Assembly (NCBI RefSeq): GCF_018350175.1
Contig: NC_058368.1
Location: 121,522,001-121,586,000, forward strand
From: Felis catus
Lineage: Eukaryota
Reading direction: 5' to 3'
Length of the DNA stretch: 64,000 bases
Position numbers and translations under genes: made by a program. Positions 12,289-24,328 of this stretch are shown one piece after another. The number at the start of each line of letters is the position of its first letter. Within the stretch, counting starts at the first letter, position 1. The notes beneath the pieces were generated by a model. The model was not told the DNA's origin. It was given only the letters and a program-made list of their open reading frames with translations, and did no database searches.

Positions 12289-13004
12289 GTAAGTTTTTAA
12301 AGTTGGCAGATATCCACTCTAAAAGCACTGTATTCAGCATTTTCTTGCATTCTGTATAAGTGTCAAATGTTTTATAGATTAGAAAATCAAGTTGTAAAAA
12401 ATGGGTATTAGCAAACTCTTATTAATATATTTGAAGGTCAAGAAGCAGGTCATGCTTTATAATTCCATAATAGCCCACATAAATGCATTTGTAGTGACAA
12501 GTTGTTCCAAAGCAAATATTTGATTTTTGTTTTAGGGTTATTACATGGTTTACCAGGTGTTCATAGTCAATAAGTGAAAATGATCTGGGACGAAGGCAGA
12601 ATTCAAAGGAAGAATTTATTAGGATAAGAGACATGTATAGTTATGTTCTGTATACAAGGGCAACCACTTTTAGATAAACATGCAAGTAGAGATTTGCTAC
12701 AGGTAACTGTCTTTAATTTGCTTCATAAACAGAGTATATCTTCTCTCCAGTCACTCATTCATCCAATTAAATATTGAGTGTTACTTGTGCTAGAGCGTTT
12801 TCATACACGATCTCATTTAATCTTAAATAACTATATAAAGTGCATGTGAAATCCCATGTGTACATACAGGGAAAACTCATGTTTAAAACTTAAAAGTGAG
12901 TCATACATATAAAAAGATCGTTAAGTAAGTGTCAGAACCAAGATAAAAATACAGTTGACTGTTAATATCTGGGATCCCTATTCCTCAAACAACTTTTGTT
13001 TTAA

Positions 13005-13232
13005 ATTTTTATTTTACTTATTTGAATTTTTATTTTAATGTTTTTATTTTATTTTGGAGAGAGAGAAAGAGACAGAGTGCGAGTGGAGAAGGGGCAGAGA
13101 GAGAGAGAGACACACAGAATTTGAAGCAGGCTCTAGGCTCAGAGCCCAACGCTGGGCTTGAACCCGTGAACCGTGAGATCGTGGCCTGAGCTGAAGTCGG
13201 ACACTAAACCGACTGAGCCACCCAGGCGCCCC
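13005..13232 (-). mobile_element. Can-SINE
   Basis: Reverse SINE; TSD ctcaaacaactt. Confidence 0.92.
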
Positions 13233-13299
13233 GACTCAAACAACTTCTTTGAGAGAAAACATTTTCAGCCCTATTAAGTATTAAAGATGATGAAGGAAA

Positions 13300-13509
13300 T
13301 ATTTTTACTTGTTTTTTACTGTTTATTTATATTTGAGAGAGACTGTGTGAGCGAGGGAGGGGCAGAGAGAGGGAGACAGAATCTAAAGCAGGCTCTAGGC
13401 TCTGAGCTATCAGCATAGAGGCCGACACGGGGCTCAAACTCATGAGCCACCAATATCATGACCTGAGCCAAAGTCAGATGCTTAACCAACTGAGCCACCC
13501 AGGAGCCCC
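13300..13509 (-). mobile_element. Can-SINE
   Basis: Reverse SINE; TSD gatg(a/g)tgaaggaaat. Confidence 0.92.
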
Positions 13510-13681
13510 GATGGTGAAGGAAATCTTAAAGAGCAAGACTTCACTCTGAGTTTGACACCCCTTAGTCCTTTTTCTCCCTGACTTTAGAGAATGGTGGGTT
13601 GTTATATAGTGTCCAGATTTGAGAACTGTGCTGGCAGTACTCTGTTCACTGTTGAGCCAGTTTCATTCACCAGTTTGACCT

Positions 13682-13695
13682 ACACACACGCACGT

Positions 13696-13731
<36 letters not shown>

Positions 13732-13749
13732 ACAAACACACACACACAC
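13682..13749. repeat. Imperfect (CA)n microsatellite
   Basis: Directly visible; followed by a 5'-truncated SINE tail at ~13773-13878. Confidence 0.95.
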
Positions 13750-14064
13750 TTTTTGTAAAGTGAGAGACCAGCTTTATGTATTTATTTTAAATGTTTATTT
13801 TTGAGAGAGAGAGAGAAAATGCGCATCCACATGAGTGGGGGAGGGATGGAGAGAAAGGGAGACAGGATCCAAAACAGGAAGAGTTACTTATTCTAAATGT
13901 TTAGAATACTTGAGCTGCGCTTAGACATTTTCAAGTAGCATGCATCAGTTAACTGTAAGATTTTTGAACTGTGGTGTATGGTTTAGCCGTTGTACTCCAT
14001 GATACAGGGTGGAACTTGATTTTTTTTTTTTTTCTTCTTTCTGATTATGGAGGTAATACACACA

Positions 14065-14620
14065 TCTCAGGATGTGTTTGGCTTCAAGTAAAAGATAACT
14101 TGGGAAATAGGAAGATTTATTTTCTTTCCTTTCATGAATTTAGAGTTAGGGAGGTTTTAGGTTTAATTAATTCAGAAACTGAGCCACACAGGTTCTTTTC
14201 ATAGGTCTCCTCTGCCTAGTATGTTGGCTTTGTTCTTAGGCATTTTTCTTCATGGTGTGATAGCAACCACAAACATCATGGCCTCTAAAAAGAACGTCCA
14301 AAGGCTTAAGGTAACAGTACCTTTCTCATGACATTTTAAAAAATCGTGAGAGGTAACCTTCCCAGAAAGTGTCCCTGTTTCAACCCTCACCCTCCTCCAC
14401 CCTCACCCCACCCCTGACATATACCACTCTTACTTAGCAGATGTGCCCTCATGTGTCTTAGCCAGAATTGTCCCTTACCCGTTTGTAAACTAATCCTTGT
14501 TGAGGAAAACGGTTACCATGATTGAATTAAACCTGTCATGGTTCCATATGCCACTTGACCAGTAATGAAAATCAGGGTCCAGTAGAATGGAAGGAGATCA
14601 AGTAGTTGTTGGTTTAAACA
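14065..14620 (-). mobile_element. Old MaLR LTR relic (MLT1J/K-like)
   Basis: tcaggatgtgtttggcttcaagtaa...ctcatgtgtcttagccagaattgtc resembles old MLT1 LTRs. Confidence 0.5.
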
Positions 14621-14636
14621 ACTAAGACAATGTCTT

Positions 14637-15898
14637 TTTTAAAGTTTTTATTTAAATTTCAGTTAGTTAACATACAGTGTAGTATTAGTTTCTGGTGTAT
14701 AGTATAGGGATTCAGCACTTCCCGTGTATCACCAAGTGCTTGTCACACCAAGTGCGTTCCTTAGTCCACATCACTGAGTTAAACCATTCCCCTCTGGTAA
14801 CCATCCGTTCCCTACAGTTAAGAGTCTGTGTCTCAGTGTGCCCCCCCCCCCTCTCTTCCTTTGCTCTCGTTTTGTTTCTTAAATTCCACTTATGAGTGAA
14901 GTCATATGGCATTTGTCTTTTTGCTGCCTTCCTTTGCTCAGCACAGCTGAGCCACACAACTCTGGCTCTGTCCATGTTGTTTCAGATGGCAAGATTTCAT
15001 TCTTTATTATAACTGAATAATAATCCATTAATATTCCATTGGAATATTCTTTATCCATTCATCAGCCGATGGACACTTGGGCTGTTTCCATAATTTGGCT
15101 ATTGTAATACTGCTATAAATTTTGGAATACATGTATCCCTTTGAATTAGTATTTTTGTATTCTTTGTGTAAATACCCAGTGGTGTGATTGCTGGATGGTA
15201 GGGTAGTTGTATTTTGGGGGGAGGGCTGGTAGTTTTATTTTTAACTTTTTGAGGAACCTCCATACTGTTTTCCACAGTGACTGCTCCAGTTTGCATTCCC
15301 ACCAGCAGTGCAAGATGTTCCCCCTTTATCACATCCTTGCCAAGACTTGTTCTTTCTTCTTTTGTTGATTTTAGCCATTCTGACAGGTGTGAGGTAACAC
15401 ATCTCATTGTAGTTTTGATTTATATTTCCCTGCTGCTGAGTGATGTTGAGCATCGTTTCAGTGTGTCTGTTTGCCATCTGGATGTCTTTGGAAAAATGTC
15501 TGTTCGTGTTTTATGCCCATTTTAATTGGATTGTTTGGTTGGTGGGGTGAGTTTTATAAGTACTTTATATATTTTGGATACTAACCCTTTATCAGATAAG
15601 TCCTTTACAAATATCTTCTCCTTTTCCATAGGTGGCTTTTTGGTTTTGTTGATTGTTTCATTTGCTGTGCAGAAGCTTTTTATTTTGATGTTGTCCCAAT
15701 AGTTTATTTTTGTTTTCATTTCCCTTGCTTCAGGAGACCCATTTAGAAAAATGTTGGTATAAGCAATAACAGAGAAATTACTGCCTGTGTTTTCTTCAAG
15801 GACTTTTATGGTTTCTGGTCTCACATTTAGGTCTTTAGTCCATTTTGAGTGTATTTTTGTGTATGGTGAAAGAGAATGGTCCAGTTTCACTCTTTTGC
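14637..15898 (-). mobile_element. 5'-truncated carnivore L1 (ORF2 C-terminal remnants + 3'UTR)
   Basis: Minus-strand ORFs [36 protein letters not shown]..., ...YLTPVRMAKI..., ...LPYHPAITPLGIY... are frameshifted L1 ORF2. TSD aagaca(a/g)tgtctt at 14624-14636 and 15899-15911. Confidence 0.95.
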
Positions 15899-15967
15899 AA
15901 GACAGTGTCTTCCATGATGTTCATTGAAGAAAACTTGGAAAGCACTCGGTTATAGAAAAAAGAAAAC

Positions 15968-16130
15968 GGGCGCCTGGCTGGCTCAGTTAGTTAAATATCC
16001 AACTTCAGTCATGATCTCACGGTTCGTGGGTTTGAGTCCTGCGTCATGCTCTGTGCTGACAGCTCAAAGCCTGGAGCCTGCTTCAGATTCTGTGTCTCTT
16101 TCTCTCAAAAACAAAATAAGCATAAAAAAA
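15968..16130 (+). mobile_element. Can-SINE
   Basis: gggcgcctggctggctcagttagttaa head. Confidence 0.9.
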
Positions 16131-17094
16131 GAGAGAGAGAGGGGAAAGAAAACAACTTCAAAAACCTTAGGTGCGTTTGATAGGAATTTTTTAGTTTTTA
16201 TTTTCTTAAAAGTTGTATGTGTACATCATTTGAAGAGTCAGATGAACTTAACAGCCACAAGGTTGTTAATCATTTTATTACTCTATTTCTCCCCAATTTC
16301 TATTCTTAAAGGATGTCTACTTTTAAATCTTTTAGCTGATTTTTTGGGTATTTTTTTCATTCCTGAAACGTTTTTGCTGCTATTTCCTGATTTTAAAATT
16401 GTAGGCATTATATATTTAATCCTTCTGCTTCTAAGCTCCCCATGTTTTTTTTTTTTTTTTTAGCTTTGTTGTATTCTCTCTGTTTTTTTTCTAAATGGAT
16501 TTGTGCCTCTAAAAATAAATCATTTTAGTATCATTGCATACTATCGTGTTCATCTTCCATCTGTAGCCAGAGAGTATTTTAAATCTTAAGAAAGTAACAG
16601 GTTTAGAAGTCTAAGTTTCTGTACCCCTCCAAAATATTTGTGTAATTCATTCAACTTTTTGTGTTCTTATTGGCAAGAGCCTCTAATTGATCACTCCTTC
16701 ATTCCTGGACCTTCAAGTAAGACAATGGAATACTTCTGCTGTAATTACTAAAGACTTATCATGTATGGTTAACTTTTCCCTGTAGCCTCTCTAGGTAGGG
16801 ATTTTACCCTTTCCCATCTTTCAAGTGTGTGGAAATATATTTGAGAGTTTTATTGTATATGGAAGTGATTGATACCTTATCATTTGAAAGATAATTTTCC
16901 TTTGTGTTTACTAGAACAAAAGTTCCCCTTTCTCTGGATTTAGTATTCAGGGCAAGTTTTCTGAATAGCACTTCAATATTGCCATTCTTCAGACCTTGTA
17001 AAAAATCTCTTAGTAATGGTAGATCTTTCATGAACTACTGATACTGCCTTTGATGGCTAGAGTATTTCCCATTTTGCTGTGAACAATGTTACAG

Positions 17095-17270
17095 ACATCT
17101 TACTGGATTTTGCATTTGTGAGTGGAACAGTTTGTTATATAGGACAGTCATGTACATGTTAAGACCTTTAGCACTCCTGGCTCCCGCCTACTAAATGCCA
17201 GTAAGTGTTTTTCAGTCAGTGTGACACCCAAAATGCCCCCCAGAGTAATGTCTCAGTTGCGAACCCTATT
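17095..17270. mobile_element. MER20-like hAT DNA transposon relic
   Basis: tttagcactcctggc...ctactaaatgccagta...gtgtgacacccaaaatg. Confidence 0.6.
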
Positions 17271-17317
17271 TTACATTAGTTCGTAGGAGTGAGAGGACTA
17301 GATGAAAGGCATGCATA

Positions 17318-17530
17318 TTTTTTTTTAAGTTTTTTAATGTTTATTTGTTTTTGAGAGAGAGAGAGAGTGAGCAGGGGAGGGGCAAAGAGAGGGAGACACA
17401 GAATCCAAAGCAGGCTCCAGGCTCTGAGCTGTCAGCACAGAGCCCGATGTGGGGCTTGAACTCACAGGGTGCAAGATCATGACCTGAGCTGAAGTCAGAG
17501 GCCCAACTGACTGAGCCACCCAGGTGCCCC
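17318..17530 (-). mobile_element. Can-SINE
   Basis: Reverse SINE; TSD aaaggcatgcata. Confidence 0.92.
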
Positions 17531-17936
17531 AAAAGGCATGCATACTTAAAATTTTAGGACAGCTTGCCAAATAACCCTCCAGGAATGTTGTACTAAGTTT
17601 TACTTATAGTGACATTAGATAAGAGTACCTATTTGCCTATGTCCTCAGTAGCACTTCAGTTTTGTTTGATCATATTTGCTGGTCAGGTAATTGATAAGTG
17701 ATGACTGACAGAATTGGCATCAGTTTCTGATCTTGGAAAATGGTCAAGTTAGATGAATTTCTAGTAACTTCTGCCTCTAAGGTTCCAAGTACCTCTAAGT
17801 TACTGCATATAACTTTTCATTGATGGTATATAATTGATTTTCTTATATTCATATATAAGAATGTTACTTTATTTGAATTACCTTATATTTTGAGGGGCAG
17901 CACACATGTACAAAGTGTAAAAGAAATAAAAGTGTA

Positions 17937-18143
17937 GGGGTGCCTGGATGGCTTAGTCGGTTGAGTATGCAACTCTTGATTTCAGCTCAGGTCATGATCT
18001 CATATTTCAAACCCTGCATTGGGCTCTGTGCTGACAGTGCAAAGCCTGCTTGGGATCTCTCTCTCTCTCTCTCTCTCTCTCTGACCCTCCCCTATGTTTC
18101 TCTCTCTCTCTCTTTCTCTCTAAATAAATTAACTTAAAAAAAT
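17937..18143 (+). mobile_element. Can-SINE with (CT)n
   Basis: ggggtgcctggatggcttagtcggttgag head. Confidence 0.9.
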
Positions 18144-18481
18144 ATAAGGAAACAAAAGTATATGCAGTGTACAGAAGGTTTCCTTCTATGTCTTCTATGT
18201 CCAGTTACTGTTTCACTCTCTGTAGGCAATTACTGTTATCTGTTTCTCACATATCTTCTTGAAGATATTTTTCTGTATTTATGCATTATTTTATCTCTCT
18301 TTAACAAAAATGGTGGTGTGCTATACAATACTCTTTTGCATATACACTTCGTATTTGGTATGTATTAAATTGTTATTGGAGATTATTGTATACTAGTGCA
18401 TGTGTTGCTGTCTTCTTTTTAATGGCTGCATGGTATATCATTGCATAGATGTACCACACTGGATTTAAACAGTCCTCTACT

Positions 18482-18647
18482 GGGCCTCCTGGGTGACTCA
18501 GCTGGTTAAGCATCTGACTTTTGATATCAGCTCAAGTCGTGATCTCACTGTCATGAGATAAGCCCAAGTTGGGCTTCGCACTGGGTGTGGAGCCTGCTTG
18601 GGATTCTTTTTCTCCGTCTCTCTCCAAATTAATAAGTAAACTTTAAA
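18482..18647 (+). mobile_element. Can-SINE inside old L1-like sequence
   Basis: gggcctcctgggtgactcagctggttaagc head. Confidence 0.85.
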
Positions 18648-19754
18648 GAATCCTGTAGTGATGGACATCTAACTTTTCCCTAGTATTTCATTGTTTCAAG
18701 CTATATTATGGATATATGTGTTAGGTAAAATATATGTGCATATTGAAAAATTACGTATTTTAATAGATACGTTACATTTTAGAGGCCAGTCTTAAAGTTA
18801 TTAAAGTATTCTTTAATAAAAAAAGAATACACACAAATGGTTAAAAATATGGTTAATAAAAAGTAAAAAATCTTCACTTTTCCTTCATCTCTGCCTACTC
18901 TTAAAAGGTAGTCACTATTCTTAGATATCTTTATAGAAAAAAATTCTGTATATAAGAATACATACACAGTCTCTCACTTGAAAAAATTTACCAGAGTATA
19001 AATATAGAGCTGCATTCCATACCTTGCTTTTTAAACATAAGTATCTTAGCTGTTTTATACATTTTTTTTTAATTATAAGGCTAATATTCAATTTAAAATA
19101 CTCTGAAACAAACTATACCAACTAGAAACGTATATATATAGTTCAGTGATTTATCAGAAGGTAAACTTCCATATACCTACTCCTCAGGTAAGGAAAAAGT
19201 ATATTCCCAGCCTCCTCCTTGCCCCCTTCCAGTTACTGTTTTCTCTCCTCCTCAGAAAAGTGACCCCATACCCTCACTTTCTGATAATCACCTCCTTGCT
19301 TTTGTTCTATAGTTAATCCTTATTATTCATGGATTTTGGACTTGCACATTAACCTGCCTAGTAAAATTATTTGTAAGATCAAAAATCAGTACTCAAGGTG
19401 CTCTTGTGGTCATTTGCAGACATTGGCAGAGTTACCTGATGCACACATTCCCAGCTAAGTTCAAACAAGGTGACACTCTGTCTTACTGTTTCACATCTCA
19501 AACTGTAAACAAGTGTGCTTTTTGCAGTTGATTTAGTACCACGTTTTTCTCATTTTTGTGGTTTTCATTGTTGATTTTCCTATTTGAAATCCCCCCCCCC
19601 CCCCCACCGCCAAGTATAGTTCTCAAGTGCTATGTCGAAAGTTCAGGGAGGCTGTGATATACCTTATGGTGAAGACACATGTGTTAGGTAAGCTTTGTTC
19701 AGGCATGAGTGCTTTTGGCCATGAGTTCAGTGTCAGTGATTTCAACAATATATA

Positions 19755-19973
19755 TTTTTAAAAATATTTTTTAACATTTATTTATTATTTTGAGAGACAG
19801 AGACAGAATGTGAGCAGGGGAGGGGCAGAGCGAGAGGGAGACACAGAATCCAAAACAGACTCCAGGCTCTGAGCTGTTAACAGAGCCCTACGTGGGGCTC
19901 GAACTCAAGGACTGCAAGATCATGACCTGAGCCGAAGTCGGACGCTTAATTGACTGAGCCACCCAGGCACCCC
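19755..19973 (-). mobile_element. Can-SINE (first of a tandem pair)
   Basis: Reverse SINE; flanks caaca(a/g)tatatt. Confidence 0.92.
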
Positions 19974-19982
19974 AACAGTATA

Positions 19983-20179
19983 TTTTATGTTTAAATTTTT
20001 TAATGTTTATTTATTTTTGAGACAGAGAGAGACACAGCATGAGCAGGGAAGGGGCAGAGAGAGAGGGAGACACAGAATGTGAAGCAGGCTCCAGGCTCTG
20101 AGCTGTCAGCACAGAGCCCGATGCGGGGCTTGAACTCATGAAGTCGGACGCTTAACCGACTGAGCCACCCAGGCGCCCC
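19983..20179 (-). mobile_element. Can-SINE (second of the tandem pair)
   Basis: Reverse SINE; TSD caacagtatatttta. Confidence 0.92.
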
Positions 20180-21074
20180 AACAGTATATTTTAAATAAAG
20201 AGTCTTTAAAGCATAAAACAAGGTTGTGTATTGATTAGTTGAAGAAAATGTTTTGACCAGAAGCTCATAGGAACCTGGCCTTACTCTGTTTGCCCTAGGA
20301 GCAGTGGTTCAGTATTTGCTAATTCAGTACTTGCAGTGAACTTCATACAACTAGTGCAAATAATGAGAATCAGCTGTAGTTTTATCACCTAAATGTGCAT
20401 TCCTTAATATTACAGTATTAGTCTGCCTATTTAAAAAATTTATATAAATGGAACCACACAGTCTATATTCTTATGTGTCTGTTTTTTCCCTTAACGTTAT
20501 GTTTGTAAGATTCATTCATGTTGTTACATGTAACAGTAATTCACCATTTTTATTGCTATATTATTTTCAGTTGTATAAATATACCACAGTTTATTTTTCT
20601 GTTCTCTTGTTGATAGGTATTTGGGTTATTTTCACATGATTTTTATGAACACCATTGATAGTATTCTCATAGATCTTTCAGTAGATGTGTATACACATAT
20701 ATGTTTGATATATATGGAATTGTTGAGCAGACTACATCAGTTTTACTAGTTTAGATACCCACCAGTAGTGTGTGGGAATTCTTGACTTGGTATTATTAAA
20801 ATACATCTTTATTCTAATCACTAATCTTACTTATTGTTGTAGGTTAGACTGTGAGAATTACATATTATTAGTTCCTGACTGCATACAAATTACATTTCTC
20901 ATTTTCTTTCAGTATTTTATATGCACTACATTTAATGGCCTAAAATTCCCTTTGGAGGACAGAACTGCTGTCCTCTTTGGAGGGCGACCCAGTAAATATA
21001 GACTAAAAAAAATCTATATTGCCTTCTGTGATTATAAAAGTAACAGATCTTTCTTTACAAGTTCGAATAACAAA

Positions 21075-21320
21075 TAAAGCCTAAGGATCTAATGTGTTAC
21101 ATCGTGACTATAGTTGATAGCACTGTATTGTATAATTGAAATTTGCCAAGAGAGTAGAACTTAAATATTTCTACCCCAAGAAACGGGTAAATATGTGAGG
21201 TGATGAATGGGTTAATGAACTTGATAGAATCTTTTCACATTGCATATGTATATTAGATCATCATGTTTTACACTTATAAATGTCTTGTTTGTCAGTTATA
21301 TCTCAGTAATGCTAGAAAGA
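21075..21320 (+). mobile_element. L1MA-type 3' end fragment
   Basis: gatctaatgtg...gtgactatagttgat..cactgtattgtata.ttgaaatttgccaagagagtaga...tatgtgaggtgatg. An oppositely oriented fragment follows at ~21440-21620. Confidence 0.75.
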
Positions 21321-22291
21321 AGAATTCAAGTAATACAGAGGTGAACAAAATACTGAAAAAGGCACTCTTTAATTGGGCTGTGTATGTTAAAAGAGTAAGG
21401 GCACAGGAGGTCTCCTACACACATTACCAAATTTTTCCCCCAGGTTTATTGAGATCTACTTGACATACAGCATCCTATTAGTTTAAGATATACAACATAA
21501 TGGTTGAATACATATACCTATAGTGAAATGATTACTAAAATAAATTTAGTTAACCCCCATCACCTCACATAGTTAGAATTCTTTTTTTCCTTGTGATGAG
21601 ATCCGTTCTATTAGCAACTACCTGAGTTTTACAAGATGGGGCCATTTTGATACATAGTGTAATATGTCCCATGAGTTAAAATGTTTGGTATCACTTTATA
21701 AACATTCAACCTCCACAAGGATAATAAGAATTTTTCCTTAGATCACATGCTGATTTCTGGTCATACTGGTTCTGGATCTGGTACAGTCTTAACGTGCAGT
21801 CATCTGAGTGTTCTATGGAAACATTTGGCACATGCTTACTGATATTTATCAACATTTTTCTTAGAAAAACTAGAGTGAAGCCCCATATTTAAAAGAATGC
21901 CTTCTATTACATTTTTCAGGATTGAACCCAGAATTGGGGATGTTCTACAATCTGGCACCATTAATAGGAAAGACTGAATTTCACTTTAATGAAACTTTGG
22001 GTCTATATTCTTTTGTCTCTGTTGCTTTGTCTTTAAAATTTTTGTTTTCTCTTAATGAAATTTGTTGGGGAGGAAGAAATTGGATGGTAGTACCAAGAAA
22101 TACATTTGAAACTGAACAGTTTTATTTTGAGTTAGGATAGCAGGTGTTTGATTAACATTTATTGAATATATAGAATGGGTGGGTACTTGTCATTGTTGTT
22201 TGGCATTTCAGAAGATGAAGTGGGAATAGCTTTATCACTGGGGCTGTGAGAGATGCTGTGAGATCATTAGGCATTAAAAAATCACTCTTAA

Positions 22292-22507
22292 GGGGCGCCT
22301 GGGTGGCGCAGTCGGTTAAGCGTCCGACTTCAGCCAGGTCACGATCTCGCGGTCCGGGAGTTCGAGCCCCACGTCGGGCTCTGGGCTGATGGCTCAGAGC
22401 CTGGAGCCTGTTTCCGATTCTGTGTCTCCCTCTCTCTCTGCCCCTCCCCCGTTCATGCTCTGTCTCTCTCTGTCCCAAAAATAAATAAAAAAACGTTGGA
22501 AAAAAAA
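22292..22507 (+). mobile_element. Young SINEC_Fc-type element
   Basis: Near-consensus, CpGs retained, perfect TSD aaaaatcactcttaa. Confidence 0.97.
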
Positions 22508-22565
22508 TCACTCTTAAGTTTTCAGTCTAAGTATGTAGATTATCAAAGCTAAAGGTTAATAATTG

Positions 22566-22750
22566 TTTTTTTTTAATCTTTATTTATTTTGAGGGTGGGG
22601 GAGCAAGAGAGGGAGAGAGAGAATCGCAAGTAGACTCTGCCGAGTCAGCACAGAGTCCTAAACAGGGCTCGATCTCATGAACTATGAGATCATGACTGGA
22701 GCCAAAATCAAGAGTTGGATGCTTAACTGACTGAGCCATCGCAGGTGTCC
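22566..22750 (-). mobile_element. Can-SINE
   Basis: Reverse SINE body and tail. Confidence 0.88.
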
Positions 22751-23066
22751 TTGAAGGCCAGTAATTGTATTAAGATAGCATTTGTTGTTTTCATCATGAC
22801 TTTTGTAAGTAGGGTGACTATATAATTAATTTATCATCTAAACCAAAACAAATCCTAAAGTTAACATGACATAGATACAAGTCATGGACTATCTGGGCAA
22901 AACAGTACATATGGTTCTTTAATTAAAAGGGACTTCACTTTTTCTAGCTCTTACTAGAGATTGTGTTTAGATCCATTTTAACATCCCTCCACCCCAAAGT
23001 CATTACACTTTTAAATAGCATACAATATGAATATAAACTTTTCTGTTTTTCTGAAATTTATTTTAG

Positions 23067-23177
23067 ACTGCAAACCAAGGGTCAAAATTCAAAGACCGTC
23101 GGCTACAAATATCATGGCACAAGGCCAAGGTGCCTTCTGTATCCACTGAGACTGAGGAAGAAGATGTCAAGGAGGAG
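23067..23177 (+). CDS. RBM27: RBM27 penultimate coding exon, 37 codons
   Basis: attttag| acceptor, GAG|gtaaat donor; TANQGSKFKDRRLQISWHKAKVPSVSTETEEEDVKEE. The ORF track (22963-23181) shows a different frame. Confidence 0.93.
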
Positions 23178-24328
23178 GTAAATTTAACGATTGAAAATAA
23201 GCACTGAATTAGATTGTTTCTCAAGTAGTATTTTTCTTGACATTAAAGTAAATAAATTTTAAAATAAATACGATTCTTTCATGCACACAGTAATCAAAGA
23301 CTAGAAGTTTATTAAAGAATGAGAACAGGTGCAGACACATAAAAAAAGCTCTTTGGGGGGTATTTTCTGGTAGAGGAGACACTTTTTTTTTCTTTGCATT
23401 TATTTTGTCTTTCTTTGGGCTCTAGAAATTTTTATTCTGGTAAGTGAGGACATGGATTACATGGACAAAATACATTTTAGCTGGTTGTTGTAGCTTTTCA
23501 TTTATTCACGTTCCATAGGTAATAGATTTAAGTTTCTTATTTTCCTTCTGTGTACAGTTGGTTAAAATGAGAGTTACGGAAGTGGGACGTAAAAGGGAAG
23601 AAATAGGAAACCAAGGATTTAAACCAAGGAAACTCTTAAAATATGAAAAATAATTTCACTTTTTAACTCCTATTTCTAATTTGTTTATTAAAAGGGACCT
23701 TTAGCCAACATTGCAAGTTATTCCTGATTCATCATAATTTTGGTTTTATAGATGTTAGCATTCATGATTGATCAACAGTTTTGTGATCATGTGGATAATT
23801 TTATAAAACAAAAGCAGAAACATTTCCCATGTTAAAAAAAAAAAAGAAAAATCTTGATATTTTGGGAATGTTTGTAGAAATCTGTATTTTACGTAAGATT
23901 TTAGATTTTTGTATAAGGTTGGGAATGTTGGTGTCATGGGGAAGTTAGTATACTCTCCATCACAGATTACTTGATACTAAAAGAAAGGTTGAGGAGTTTG
24001 GTCATATATTTTCATTTTAAGTTAATGGCATAAAAGAAAACTTAATTATTTATTTTTATGAATAGATTAATTTTATCAGAAACATTTTATAGATATTTTT
24101 TCTTTTACTCCTCCTACTCAGCAGTCACATTTTATTTTCCTGATGATATTAGAATGGAAGTCTGTTAAAACTGGCAAAATTAGCAGGGGAGGAAAATATG
24201 TATACATTGAAAGACTGTTGTGGGTGTTTTTGCCCTGCTAACTACTCTCTGAGTGTGTCACTTGTAAATCTGTCCTAGGTTTTGTATACTAGTCTTTGTG
24301 TCCTTTGGCTTAAAAAGTATTTTACTTA

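Larger units (their letters stand above)
19311..20376 (-). mobile_element. MER82-type Tigger DNA transposon, split by two SINEs
   Basis: Ends agttaatccttattattcatgg ... ccctaggagcagtggttcagtatttgctaattcagt...aataatgagaatcagctg. Confidence 0.75.

Noticed and set aside
14712..15890. Minus-strand ORFs with real protein similarity
   Set aside because: Frameshifted remnants of L1 ORF2, not a host gene.
15924..16463. 179-aa ORF, the longest in the track
   Set aside because: It reads through a SINE and old L1/low-complexity sequence, has a non-ATG start, and shows no exon signals or protein-like character.
21720..22010. Acceptor-like sites (ttttccttag ~21741, atttttcag 21919) as a possible relic of the missing RRM2 exon
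   Set aside because: Both run into early in-frame stops, and the resemblance to an RRM core is too weak to claim without alignment.
22963..23181. ORF-track frame over the penultimate exon (…LQTKGQNSKTVGYK…)
   Set aside because: Wrong frame; phase-0 splicing at 23067 gives the RBM27 peptide TANQGSKFKDRR.
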